Shown: positions 1-12,620, counted from the first letter of the whole stretch. The stretch: 61,147 bases of DNA, filler included, from 13 parts of 13 records of this genome joined end to end with filler, not necessarily neighbours in it; one strand, 5' to 3'. Numbers and translations: made by a program. The notes: generated from the sequence alone by a model not told the origin.

Positions 1-30
1 TAATCTACAAACCCGGTTATCTCGTGATTT
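1..30 (+). repeat. Left inverted repeat TAATCTACAAACCCGGTTATCTCGTGATTT
   Basis: 30/30 match to the reverse complement of 2973-3002; similarity continues weakly (GGCCA) after a small indel. Confidence 0.95.
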
Positions 31-251
31 TTGGGCCAAGACGTGTGGAGTGGAGAGCACACGTGAGCAAGGGAACCGCATGGCAAGAGACGGTCGAGTC
101 ACCATATGGGAGCCGATCCAAGGTCTTTTCACCAGGAGAGTAAAAACGAATGATTATATTTCCGCAACCGCAATTCACCTCGTGGCAGCAGTGGAGTAGC
201 CTTTGATGATGTTCCTGTAGTGAAAGCCACTCGCGGTGACAGTGAACGTGC

Positions 252-3002
252 CTAATACTCGCCTCGTTTCTGAGCCCATTGCGCAACAACGCCGAGGAGA
301 CCTTGCGGTTTGCCCTTCCTAGACTTGGGTCTGCCGTCTAAGTACGTGAAATCGTCGGCCGCGAGCGAGTAGGTCCATAGGGTAGGATCTTGCCAGTCAA
401 CACGGTCTAGATAGCCCTGGAGTCGCTTCAGCCATCCCGCAGGAAGAGCTCCAGCCGCTTGGCGCTCACCTTCCACAACGCGTTCTGTACGGTACCGCAT
501 ACGCAGCCACTCGCTGAGAACGTCGCGTCTCACACCATTGGCGTACATGAAGATACCGAGAACAAGAACCTGCGCATAAATGCCACAGAACAAACGCACA
601 CACGCCTGTAAGCATGATCGGAGTGCGGAACCTGCGTCGGGCGGTACGTACCTCCTGGTGTGAAGTGAATTTGCGTGCCCGAAGCATAGAAACCGCCCAG
701 TCAGGCCAGCGCCCAATCGGTGCCACTGCATCAATCTTCAATAACAGCGCCTCGCTCTCAGCGGTGTCTTCGGGCTCAGCGTCTTGTACGTGTCTAGCTC
801 TCGTGCTCTCTTCATGTGTGACTGTGCGTTTGGTAGATTCTCCAGATACTGTTCGCAGTTCGGCTTTCAGCTGAGTTGCGCGACCAGCACGATCAGACAC
901 AGCTGATTCTCCATATGAATGAAGCCGGCGCTGTGGTGCCGGTTGACGTCCGACTGCGGACCCTGTATCTTCGGTGTCGTCACCTGGATATCCATAATGC
1001 TCCTGCAGCCGCTTCGCTTCTGCTGCGTGTTTTACCTCTGCCGTCTGCGCTACCTGAAGCGTGTGGGCCAGAGCTGCTTGTCGAAGCTTCAGCTGCTGCT
1101 CCCCCGCTTCCATCGAACCGAGCAGAGCCATGTGGGTCAAGCTCCCACCTTGGTTTGCTGGGTGCGGCTGTACTTCCTGTTCTGCGTCCTCGCTACCGTT
1201 TTCACTCTCACCTGTGTGCTGCCGTCGATGCCGTCGAGAGCGCTGGTGTGATGACGTCCTATTAGCATGCGATCGTGTAGACCGACTACGGTGTTTACTA
1301 TGTTCATGATGGTGCGAGCGTGAAGATTTGTGTCGATGGTGACTCGATCGACGAGGTGAACGGGAAGAGACGCTGGAGTCGTCCTCATCAGAATATGAAG
1401 ACTCATCATCATGATGGCGCGTAGACCGGTGACGCCTGCCGCGGCTGCGGCTTCGACGGTGGCGCCGTTGACGGCGGTTACGGCTCCGGCTGGGGCTCGG
1501 GCTGCGGCTCCGACTGCGGGTGTGATGTCGCGTTCTCGTCCGTCGATGACCTGCATGCGAATCGACTGCCGAGATCATTTCTTCTGTGCGTTCTTCAGTA
1601 GGAGATAGGTAACCCCGACCGCGTGCACGGCGACGAGGGCTCGTCCTTTGCGGTGCATCTATAGCAGCTACCGAGACACGAGCCGCTGTCGCCTGCAGAT
1701 CCATTGCAGTAGCAAGCGCAACTCGTGCGGCTTCGGACTTGATGGCCGCACGGTCACCGGTACTTTTTGTCGACGGCGCTGCCTTGGCGTTCAAATGTGC
1801 CAACTCGACAATCTTGTCGACGAGGATCTCGTTTAAAGTACCCCATGCCTCAGTCTTACCGTCTTCGACTGCGTTTAGACTGCCCTCTTCGTACGACAAT
1901 GCCGCGTCATCATCTGTCAGCTGCATTACCAGTGTACTGTCTAGGCTTTCACTCTGTTGCTCGTCCGACTCAAAGTCAACATGCTGACTGAAATGGGTGG
2001 TGCGCTCATGTATCGCAGGCCTCAGATAGGAAATATTTCGCTGGGCGTCTGGCCACTGCTGGTGTGCGTGCCGGTCTGCGTGGCCACTGTTGACACCGTC
2101 TTCCGAATCCTGATCATCCTCTTCACTCGAAGTTAGCTGGCCGTAGCTCGGTGAGTCATTTTGGTCCCAGTCTTCAGCAGAGACATCCGTGTCCACGAAG
2201 GATCTGTCATCCGTTGTCGTCACTACCGTTTCTGTCACCGAGTCTGTGGAACTGGATGCCCAGTCGTGCACATCTTCACCACGTGCGTCCCGGCGACCTG
2301 CGTCTACAGATCGCGATAGCTGTTCATCAGCCCATGTTGATGAAACGTATGCTTTGAGGCGAGTTTGTCCGTAAGGCCCCAGTCGGAGTCGTCGCTGTCT
2401 TCGTTCCTTTGCATCCTTACGTAACAACGCCCCTGTGCGACTGGTACCCCAAATCTCAGACTCTGCGAGCTCTTCCTCTAGCTCCTGCCGCTCAATACGC
2501 TCCCTGACCACGTCTGTGCACCTGTGGTTATAGCAGAAAACGAAGTATTTAGCGACAGCTTTAGCAGGACTGCAATCACAGACAAACGCACCGGGACCTT
2601 AGATCAGCATCAAGCTCCAGCTCCAGCTGTTCCTCTGCGACGATGGTGCGATGAGTTGGAGAAGCCATCAAAGACTGAGCTGTCGCCGCAGCCAGCCTAG
2701 CCCGTTCTGGGCCACCTGCAGTTGTGTCTGCTGCATCAGTAGAGCTACGCGTCTGCGCAAGTAGTCGCGGGTTTGAACCGTCTGGCAGACTACCAGCTGC
2801 CGAAGCCATCAGAAGGTCGAACATTGGCGTGTCACTCGCACCGACATCAGTAAGTTGCTGCTGCAGCTGCGCCTGGGGCTCCGGCTCTGGCTCTGGCTGC
2901 GGTTGGGATGGGTAGTGTGTCCCAGGGTATGTCACACTCTGGGTTGTATGAGGATGTGCAGAGCTCTGGCCGAAATCACGAGATAACCGGGTTTGTAGAT
3001 TA
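252..3002 (-). CDS. Three-exon hypothetical protein: acidic and Arg/Ser/His-rich low-complexity regions plus a small globular C-terminal domain; possibly 5'-partial
   Basis: ORFs 2576-2935, 466-2511 and 252-734 join in frame through GT-AG introns 2591-2522 (LRSR/CTDVV) and 651-570 (TSHQE/VLVLG). The frame stays open through the right repeat to the contig end. Confidence 0.7.
2973..3002 (-). repeat. Right inverted repeat
   Basis: AAATCACGAGATAACCGGGTTTGTAGATTA is the reverse complement of 1-30. Confidence 0.95.
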
Positions 3003-3102
3003 NNNNNNNNNNNNNNNNNNNNNNNNNNNNNNNNNNNNNNNNNNNNTTAATTAATTAANNNNNNNNNNNNNNNNNNNNNNNNNNNNNNNNNNNNNNNNNN
3101 NN
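3003..3102. other. Artificial contig linker
   Basis: 44N-TTAATTAATTAA-44N, stops in all six frames. Confidence 0.99.
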
Positions 3103-3131
3103 GTGGGTGTGGGTGTGGGTGTGGGTGTGGG
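3103..3131 (+). repeat. (GTGGGT)n microsatellite at contig start
   Basis: About five hexamer units seen directly. Confidence 0.85.
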
Positions 3132-3365
3132 GAGGCGGCTGAAATTTCGCCGTCAGTCAATTAGCTGCCGGCCAAGCCCCCTGTCAAGGGTTCTGCTCAC
3201 CGAAAGAGGCATGAGGGAGGGTTCTCAGAACCATCTCGCAGTATATCATGGGAAAAGCAGTAGGAATATGCGCCTCCGCTACAGCACTCACCTGGGTGCC
3301 ACACGCTGCTATGGGTGGCTAGAGGGAAGGCGCAGGCTGATACCGATGAAATTTGCTGAGTGTAG

Positions 3366-6300
3366 GTCACAACCGACACCAGCGGCAAGGTGACACAGGT
3401 CGAGGCCATCAACGACGTATCTTCAGCCTTTCTATACAAGGGGATCTATCATGTGTTCCACCAATGGTGCGCACATGCACACGTCCAGCTAGATGAGCCC
3501 ATGCCGCTGGGGGTCACTACTGCAGGTGGTCTAGGCACTGACCTACTGTTGCGCCTCGACCTGCATTCCGATCACTACCAGCTGCCAGAACCACTGGGAC
3601 CACGTCGTGAGCAAGGTACACCACCCTACCCGCTGCTACCGCGGGGTGGCGCTCCACTCCGCCCACGCACTCATTCGGAACCACCTGCGCGCGTAGTGAC
3701 TGCTGGCTTTATCTGAGAGTTTGCTGGGTATGTGTGATACTATGGTGACTCACAGGACCTGATTCACTGGACGCGTCTACCTCCACCAATTGTCCCGAAC
3801 ATGAATCCCACCGGTGTCCCGCACCCCGACTGGTATGACGCCCACGGCTCATGGGATGGCTCACTATCCATCCCGAGAGATGAAAGTTCCTTCCCCGGCG
3901 GAAACGGGATCGATGCGCCGGTGGTGTTGATGACCGCTGTCCCGGGCAAAGCGCCGGCGAACTTCTCGAATGCATCATCGCGGTTGGATCATATCACGAT
4001 GGCGATCGTACGGGCGAGCAAGCCCGATGATCCTTTCTTACTGTCGTGGACGAAGGATGCAGCCAACCCGATCACTTACAGCAACGGAACAAAGGGAACG
4101 CTCTCGACACCCTTCGACACACCTGGCCAGATATGGAAGACGGGGAACCACTGGAATTGTCCGTGATTACGAGTGCACTCGCGCCTACTGCCAGCGGTGC
4201 TGCCGTGTTCGCATAGCGCCAGTGGTTCTGCCGTGTCGGCGGTGTTGCTGACTCCTGAATACGCATGTGCGATGTATTGTAGACCTGGTGATGGGACTTC
4301 GTTACACGACAAGGGATCCAACATTTCTGAGTTGGGGACTAGCACCCGGCAAAAGCACATTTGCGAGCCGTGAAAATGGCGGCCAATGGTTCTCAAAGCT
4401 AGCGAATCAACATGATGGATCGCCTCCACCTGCAGATGCGCCGGGCTGGATGATGAATGTCGGCGGTGGCAATAGGTGCGTGTGCATGATGACTACAACG
4501 TTGGTTCTACATTCGGCGCATTCTCAACGGATTATGATGGATGCTGCTCTTTGTTCTCCAACAGGTTCGCGCTCGGCGAGTACTACCCGGGAAACGAGAG
4601 CTGGGTGACAGCCGTCCAGACTGCGACAATCGACTACGGTCCTAACTCAAACTGGGAATACGCTGGGTTCGTGGGAGCAGTCAAGGGTGACAAGGACAAA
4701 CGGTTCATGAATATTGGGTGCGTTTCCGCCTTCACCATCGTCACCGGCCACGGTTCTTGTGTGCGGCTATGACAACACTAGACATGAATTCCACGCTGCT
4801 GATGGTGGGCTCATGATGATGTGTCATCTGGTGCTGCTATGTGCCCACCGGAATGCAGGTGGGAAACGGGTGGGCCCCCAATGATGTCGGCCGTCAACCA
4901 CGTGTCGCAACAGCCACCCTCGCCCTGGAGTCACGATGGAAGCGGCGGTCCAGATGTTTATCCGTACGAGATCAACCACGAATACACCAAGCGTCCAGAG
5001 ACAGGTAAGGGCTTCTAGACTGCTGCATGCAGTGTCAGTATTTCCGAAAATTCAGCGCCTGTACTTTCATCGAAACCGAGAGTGTTTTTCCAACATTTCA
5101 ATGTTTTCTAACTTTCTGATTTCACACGACGCTGACGTCGTTTGCTATTCTTCGTCATTGAGCAGCACTACCCGGCAATTGCGCGGTCACCAGTACGTGG
5201 GAGGTCTTTCCTGGGTTCAGCAACGTGAGACACGGAACGACGACCCGCCGTATCGTACTTGCTACTCCTGCTGCTGCTGCTCCTGCTGCTGTTCGTCTCT
5301 GTCTTCGTCTGCGGCTGCGTTGGTAGATTGATGTGTGTGCGTGTCGTGCTGTATTGTAGATCTATAACCGCGAGCCCTCACCTACTAACGTCACCCACGG
5401 AACGATTCACTTCATTGGGATGTACGAGACGCTGGATGCCTGTTTTGCAGCGGTCAATGCATCGAACGAAGGACCGTTTCACTCTTTTACGTGAGAAGCA
5501 AAAAAGGTTTTCAGTACAGGACAACCATCAGGACACTTGGAGCCTGTCTATGTGTAATCCTCACGTTGGTGCTGTCCTATCATCACTGCTCCAGATGGAA
5601 TGATGGAACGATCAAGGCTCCCTATGGCAACCACTGCTGGGCTGACACGTCTTTCACTTGGCAAAATCGCGGTGGCGCAAAGGGCCAGGTTGCTGGTCGC
5701 GGCCCGGGATTCCCGATTGCACCAAAGCTTCCCAGTAGTGCAGACTCCTACCAACCTTCTCCCAGCGTTTATCAGATGACTCATACTAGTGATGGTAACA
5801 GTGTTTCGTGGTCGCAAAAATCGGCATGATAACACTCCCTTCTGTTTGATATTCTGCGCTCACAGGCTTCACACATGATCACCTTACGGGTCTGCGTGAA
5901 GTCGCTTATGACCCACTTCTCAAGACGCTGATCTCCAACCCAGTCGCCGAGCTGGTGGGCTTGCGCAACGGCACGATGGGTGGGGGGAAAGCGGTGAGAG
6001 TTACGCCCGGTGTTGCGCATATGGTGGCGGGTACAGGTGCACCAGCAGACGCATCGACTGCGGACATCGTCATTAACATCACTATACCAACTGGATCCGA
6101 GTCTGCAGCAGTTGGGGTCAACGTCTTGGCCAACGCAAGCGCTAACAGTACGCCGAGAATGTTCACCTGCCCCAGTGGCTGTGTTGTGTCTCAGTGGCGT
6201 AGACAGACGACCATGCCATGTGCCTGCGCTCATCGCCTTGGGGATGTGTTGCTCAGAGCCGTTCGGAGGTATCCTGACCGTTGTAAACTTCACAAAGCCA

Positions 6301-6777
6301 GCGGCTGATGGCAGTATGAAAGCCACAGCCTCCATCCGCACCTTGAACCCGTGCGGCAGTGGTAGCTCTGGACTTGCTACCGCCAGCTTTCCTATCCTCA
6401 AGTGAGCACTTTCGGCTGATGTAGTCGTTGTCCTACCCTCTCGAACAATGTTGCGCCTGTGGATGTGCTTTGTGCGTGGGTTTCTAGTCTGTATTGGTCT
6501 GACTTGTTGCGTGGTGTTGTGGATCAGGGGCGAAACGGCACTAGATATTCGGCTGCTAGTGGACCGGAGCGTCGTCGAGGCGTTCGTAATGGGCGGGCGT
6601 GTTGTGTTCTCCAAGGTGTATGCCCCCGCCCTGCTCATGGTCCCTGACACACATGTCGCGCTGCAAGCATGGGGTGCGCCGGTGTCCGCTGACATCGAAG
6701 TGCACTCGATGGGTTGCGGGTGGACGGCGGAGCCTTACCAAACGAATCCAACGATCGAGTCGATCTCCGAGATTTAG
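3366..6777 (+). CDS. Glycoside hydrolase family 32-like protein (beta-propeller + beta-sandwich), multi-exon, 5' end uncertain
   Basis: Spliced motifs: INDVSSAFLYKGIYHVFHQ, NHWDHVVSK/DLIHWTRLP, SWDGS, and C-terminal LDIRLLVDRSVVEAFVMGGR. Many GT-AG introns. Confidence 0.85.
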
Positions 6778-7191
6778 CGATTAGCACGATGAAAAGTTCA
6801 GAACAATTGTTCAATGCAGGCCACGAGTGAATTGTATCAACGGCGTGCACACCAACTGACTACCACGCTTTGTGGTATCAACTTTCAACCACCTGGGGCT
6901 ATTAATTGTATCTGGCAAATGATGAGGTCAGAATTCTATCTAGGGTGGTGTTGAACCGTCCGGCTGATCATCCGTCGAGCAGTGCTTGAGCCCACCCGCC
7001 AGATATCATTGATATATAGTGCATATTTGGGTAGATTTGGGTCGATTGCGTCGGAGGTTTCATTCCGTAGACTCCGGCTCGGTCTCGGGCTCTGGGTTCA
7101 TCTCGTCCGTCCCCGGTGACGCTGGGTCCTGCACAGCTGGGTCATGCACAACGGTCACGGCGCGCGTGTTTGTCTCATCGTCCTCAGAAAT

Positions 7192-7224
7192 CACACACAC
7201 ACACACACACACGCGCTCACACAC
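7192..7224 (+). repeat. (CA)n microsatellite
   Basis: Seen directly near the contig end. Confidence 0.85.
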
Positions 7225-7243
7225 AAAGGCAGCCCGCGTCGAC

Positions 7244-7343
7244 NNNNNNNNNNNNNNNNNNNNNNNNNNNNNNNNNNNNNNNNNNNNTTAATTAATTAAN
7301 NNNNNNNNNNNNNNNNNNNNNNNNNNNNNNNNNNNNNNNNNNN
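7244..7343. other. Artificial contig linker
   Basis: 44N-TTAATTAATTAA-44N. Confidence 0.99.
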
Positions 7344-7395
7344 CTAGTGGCGCCTTGCTTGCGTGACTCCCTGTCTATCGTACCGACCCTCGCAG

Positions 7396-9182
7396 ATGGC
7401 TTCGCACTGGACGGCCACGTCCAAGTACGACGGCGGAGCCGTCGGTGCGGTACGTTCCATAATTCGCACCGAGGGCGTGGGTGCACTGTGGGGTGGACTG
7501 GGGCCGACACTAGTTGGCATCATCCCGTACGGCGGGCTGAGCTTCTGCACGTACGAAACGCTAAAAGCGGCAGTACGAACACACTATCCTGATGCCGATG
7601 GACCTCAAGGGCAGCCGCTTTTCTTACGGCTTGGATTGGGTGGGGTTGCTGGCTTAACAGCGCAGACCCTCACGTACCCTCTTCATGTTGTCAGGCGCCG
7701 AATGCAGGTGCAATCCCCGCATGACCCGGACAGATACCGCGGCGTACTTAACGGACTCCAGCGGATCTATCTCGAGGAAGGTTTTCGCAATGGTCTGTTT
7801 AAAGGATTGACACTGACGTGGCTGAAAGGTCCATTTTCTATAGCGATTGCATTTACTCTCAACGACCGGCTGAAAGGTTTAATAGGGGGCTGGTGGGCAA
7901 AGCAGCCTGAGGTTGCCGCAGAGTACAGTGCAGAGCTCCGAAAGGAGAAGGAGAATCAGGGGCTCGAGAAGGAGGATCTAGATGACCTTTCGAGGATCAA
8001 GCTTTCGCCGCTGGAAGCGCTGACTGCGGGCGGTATTGCCGGCGCTATCGCAAAAACTACGATCGCACCAGCAGATAGGGTGAAGATTTTATACCAGGTG
8101 ACGCCTGGACGGCAGTTTTCGCTGTCACATGCATTCAACACGGGTGCAAAGATCTGCCAGAACAGCGGCATCCGTGGGTTGTACCGTGGTAACATGGCGA
8201 TGTTGCTTCGTGTTGTGCCGTACTCTGGGACGGCATACTACACATTTGATGTCTATGAGGCTGCATTGCTGCGCGTCTTTGGGAAACAACAAGGCGGTCT
8301 TGGCATCGGGTTGCGCAGAGCTTTCGGCATCGAGCCAGGTTCTTCTATGGATCCGGTGCAACTGACTGGTGTCACTGCCAGGTTTTTGGCAGGCGCGGCT
8401 GGAGGGGCAACAGCAACGTTTGTTACATATCCACTCGACTTGTTGCGCGCTAGAATGGCAGCACATTGGAGCACAGAACCAAGGTACAACACGTACCGCG
8501 CCGCCGTCGCGGAGATTGCACACAAAGAGGGTGTGGGTGCACTGTGGTCTGGACTAAGACCGACTCTGATCGGGATCGTTCCGTATGCTGGGACAAGCTT
8601 CTGCGCGTACAACACGTTCAAGGCCTACTACTGCGTGAAGACAGGGCTGAGCGAGCATCAGATCCCGACACCATTGCGGCTTGGCGCTGGTGCGCTGGCA
8701 GGGCTTGTAGCCCAATCCATCACGTATCCACTAGATGTTGTTCGACGAAGGATGCAAGTGCAAATCGCCGTCACGCAGTCGAATGCCAACGGAGTAGGGG
8801 CTGCAACAGCCGGCCCACACCCGGATATCTACACTGGAGTTATGCAAGCAACTCGGCAAATATATCGAAGCGAGGGACTAGCTGGTCTCTACAAAGGTCT
8901 GGTGCGTATGAGCATTGCTCGTGGCGATGCTTACTTCAGCATGTTTCGCGTCCTGTTGTGTCCCATTCTGTGTGTTTCGTGCCAGACTCTGTTTGGACTG
9001 ACCTGCTGTGGCTGCACTCGCGTGTCGTGTATTTGACCGCCGGGTGGACTGATTAGACAATGAACTGGGTCAAAGGGCCTATTGCAGTATCCACTTCTTT
9101 CGCGGTGAATGACCTCATCAAAGGCTGGATGCGAAACCGGCACGCATCTGGCGGAGGCTGGTTGTATTACTTTGGTCTGTAA
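7396..9182 (+). CDS. SLC25A42: Mitochondrial carrier (SLC25), CoA-transporter SLC25A42-like, with two carriers in tandem; 5'-partial
   Basis: Px[DE]xx[KR]x[KR]-type signatures APADRVK, YPLDLLRAR, YPLDVVRRR and YPLHVVRRR. The last exon, after the intron starting at 8902, reads TMNWVKGPIAVSTSF to TAA at 9180-9182. Confidence 0.88.
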
Positions 9183-9372
9183 CGCTGACGGACTTTCTGG
9201 CGTGACTCTGAATTGCGACAAGGCGGCTGCACAGAATCATCGGGGATCCGGTACATGTAGAAGGATCTGCTGCGCTGCAGCCATTGGAGGTTCCACTCAG
9301 TACAGCTGTAGGTTGGTAGATACGATCTCAGTACCGGTACCACCATAATTATGAATGTACAAGATATTGATT

Positions 9373-12300
9373 TCATTGTCGTGGAGCGGTCGACTGCCCG
9401 CGGACCAGAATAGACTCACCTGGTTCGCTAGCCGTCCGAGCTGGGGGTGCTAGCCTCAGCGGCAGCGCCCGAGGCGCAGGTGGGCTAGTAGCCACTTCCC
9501 CCCCCTCACCGGCATGAGCTTGCCTCAACGCTGCAGAAGGCACATCTGGCGCTCCAGAAGCCGCCATACAGAGCTCTATCTCTCGTAGCGGCTTGTTGTT
9601 CGGATCCCATCGCTTCATGTCGTGGTACAAATCTGCCATATTTTTCACGGTATAGATCCATCGATTTCGGTGATAGCCCGTACGGTATTCAGGCTCCTGC
9701 AGTTCTTCGTGCCTATGATTCATTTGCCACGCTGTCTTCAGCAGCTGTTCTTTCGCAAGAATTACGCGGAGCTTGAGCGAAGTGCGCTTGTTGCCGATTT
9801 CGTTTGCAAACCCGAAGAGGAATTTGCTCTTTTGCACAGAGCCCGAACCCAACAGCTCTGCAGCGAGATAACCAAGTGAAAAACGCGACGAGAGCTCGTT
9901 GAGTATCATCCCACGCACAGTTGCCCATGCGTCTGGGTCGAGGGAGTGCATAAACGGGTACTCCTACGTAACTCAAAATATACGTCAGTTTCCAATACGC
10001 AGTCGATATAGAAAGTTGCTTCAGAAATGTAGCGGTGCATTTGCGCGCACCTGTGTGCACTTGTCAGCAGCTTCGCCAATCAGGCGCGCTGTCTGCTCGC
10101 CTCCTTTGACAAGCTCCTCCAATTTGACTTCAAACAGCGTAGTATACATAAACTGCAGCTTGCCACGCTTGGCCGGATCTGGGTGATCGGGTGGGAGCCG
10201 CCGGAGCATACAGAGCGAGAACTGAACCTGTGCAATGATCAGACAGCAGCAAAACAAACGGTTGCTGTCGATGATGTATAACTGGAACGTGCTACAATGG
10301 CAACGGGCAGAATAAAAGAAGCGCACGAGGTCCATCATGTTACGGTTCGCCTCTTTTCGTGCCTTGTCCGCCTCGGCTTGTCTCTGCCGCTCCGCGTCTT
10401 TGAACTGCATCCAGTATTCGAACGCAACCGGAACAGTCGCAAAGAGACCGAGCAGACCAAAGCTTTTCGCCTCATCCGAGAACTCGTCCAATACCGAACT
10501 GGCGAGTGCAGTCAGGGGCAGTCCTGGGAAATGAATGCCTGTGTTCCGTGCCATTGGGACACGCACAGAGCCAATGTTGAACATGGTTCCTTGATATAGC
10601 AGCTGTATCACGTCGCCTACATGTTCAGCGGCCAAATGCAGCATGCTGCAGTCGTCACGAGTACACCCGCCACCAACGGCCGCGGAACTCAGTTGTATGG
10701 TTATGAGTCCTAACGTCGAAGGCCACGGGACAGTGAACTCGAAGAAGCGAAACGGACAGCTGACACCAGTTCCTACCAGCCCAAGACTGCGGCAGGTCGA
10801 GACAAGTCGTGCAATCCAGAGGAAAGCTGGGGCAAAGAGTATTGGCAACAGCAATGGAATCGGCAGCCAGAGGGCTTGGCCGAAAGGAAGTGGCCACGAC
10901 CACGAGCGCAATGTGCGTACCCGATCTACCAGCCGCCATTCTACCAGCATCTGCTTCTGTGATGGGTGCAGATCTGTCTCACCCCTGAAGCCTCTACGAA
11001 ATTCTTCGTAACTCACGAGCCCATCAGCTCCGCTAGCAGCGCAGGGCCTCGGCCGGCGGCGATGTTTAACGGATGCAATCATGGTGCGCGCTACGTCGGC
11101 GATTTCTTTGTCACTCTTGTTGTCTCTGCTGTACACGTGCGCCATCGCACGCTGCAGCTCTATCCGGCTTAGTGTTCGACGGTCAGCACGCGGTGTCCCA
11201 TCACTACGCACGTTGCAGTCACTGAACGCTTTCTCAATGTGCTGGTCAGAGTTTAGGTCAAGCACCTCCGCCCAGTCTCCAGACTCTACGTGCGACGCCA
11301 ACATCTTCTCAAACTCTGCGTAGTCGACAGTGCCATCTTGATTAGCATCAACTGCACTGATAAGCCTGTCGACCTTCTCAACGTCAGCTTGGCGAAAGTC
11401 TGCAGAAATAGGATCTATAGAGTTGAAGGAATCAGCTGCCACCGGTTGACTCCCGACCTGAAACAGCGCGGCTCGCAGCTCTTCTCTACTAATGGAACTG
11501 TCGTCGTTTAGATCGATCTTTTGAAACGCCGCTTTGAAAACATCACGGTGGTGGCTCTGCTGTAATTCGGCCCAGTGAACTGCTGCATCGCGCCGTATAA
11601 TCCAATGGTCAATTCGCCTGGCAATTTCGACCAAGGTTGAATGGCAGATGAAAGACAGGAGCACGCCCCAGCATATCAAAGACTCTGTGTTGTCCACCAC
11701 TGCGTGATGTGTTCGCCCAAGGGGCTCAATTGCAGTCTCTGTGCAAACACGCAACGCTGGCTCGTCCTCGGCGTCTAGCCTGCAGTGTGCAACTGCTTCG
11801 GCAGCAGCGGTTACATTTGCCCGCCATACCATACCTCTGTGCTCAAGCCTGTTGACGCGCAAACGCCCGTCCTCGACACGCCAACCTTTAACCGTGCACC
11901 AAAGGACATACATGGCAAGAGCTGGCACTACAACAGTGATGAATGAGCCCGCAATTCTATCGGCCGACCGTGTGATGATCGTTGCGCGTACTAATACCAG
12001 TAGAGCCACAGGCACAGGCGAGCTCACATCCAGAGGTACAGTGGGCAGCAGCAGAACCAGCAGCCCAGCTGCCAGCACCAGATCGAGCTGTTGCTGTCGC
12101 ACTCCCCGCGACCACGGCCCATTGGCGGTCGGCACCGCAGCATGAAGCACGCGCGATCGCCACAGCGCAAACATAGCGACGAGTAGACCCGGAAGAGCTG
12201 GGATGGACTCTGTGTCACCCAACATGGTGTGCCGGCTTCCGTCGACGAGTGCGGTAGAACAAACTGCGAGCTGATACACCGAAACGGCCAGGACAACCGC

Positions 12301-12620
12301 CCGGACCGCCCGCGAGACGCGCTGCTTCCACAGCTTCCAGATCGCCGTGGGTGCTGCGTCACCGACAGACGAGTCATCCTTGATGGTAGCGTTGTAGGTA
12401 GCATCCGTCTGCGCCTTTCTCCCTCGCTCCTGCACGCTCAGATCATCCTGCCACACGCTTGTGGCGCTGCCTCTGACGCCGCTCAACGCCTGCTCTACGA
12501 CCAGCGACCACCCTCTGGACAAGCGCGGTTCCGACGGCGTGCGGTCTCCCCCTCGCCCAGCCTCCTCCGCCTCCTCCTCCCTCTGCCGCCGCTGCGGCTG
12601 CGGCTGCTGCTGCTGCTGCT
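9373..12620 (-). CDS. Multi-pass membrane protein with EF-hands and an uncharacterised C-terminal domain; multi-exon, 5'-partial
   Basis: EF-hand loops DLNDDSSISREE and DANQDGTVDYAE; several hydrophobic segments. ORFs 10021-12522 and 9373-9951 are plausibly linked by introns. Confidence 0.7.

Larger units (their letters stand above)
1..3002. mobile_element. Candidate terminal-inverted-repeat element occupying the whole of contig 1
   Basis: Bases 1-30 are the exact reverse complement of 2973-3002; both copies sit at the contig ends. One spliced gene lies between them. No DDE transposase or recombinase motif was recognised. Confidence 0.55.

Noticed and set aside
1137-1620. RS-rich segment as evidence of an SR splicing factor
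   Set aside because: No RRM accompanies it; low-complexity similarity alone does not support that call.
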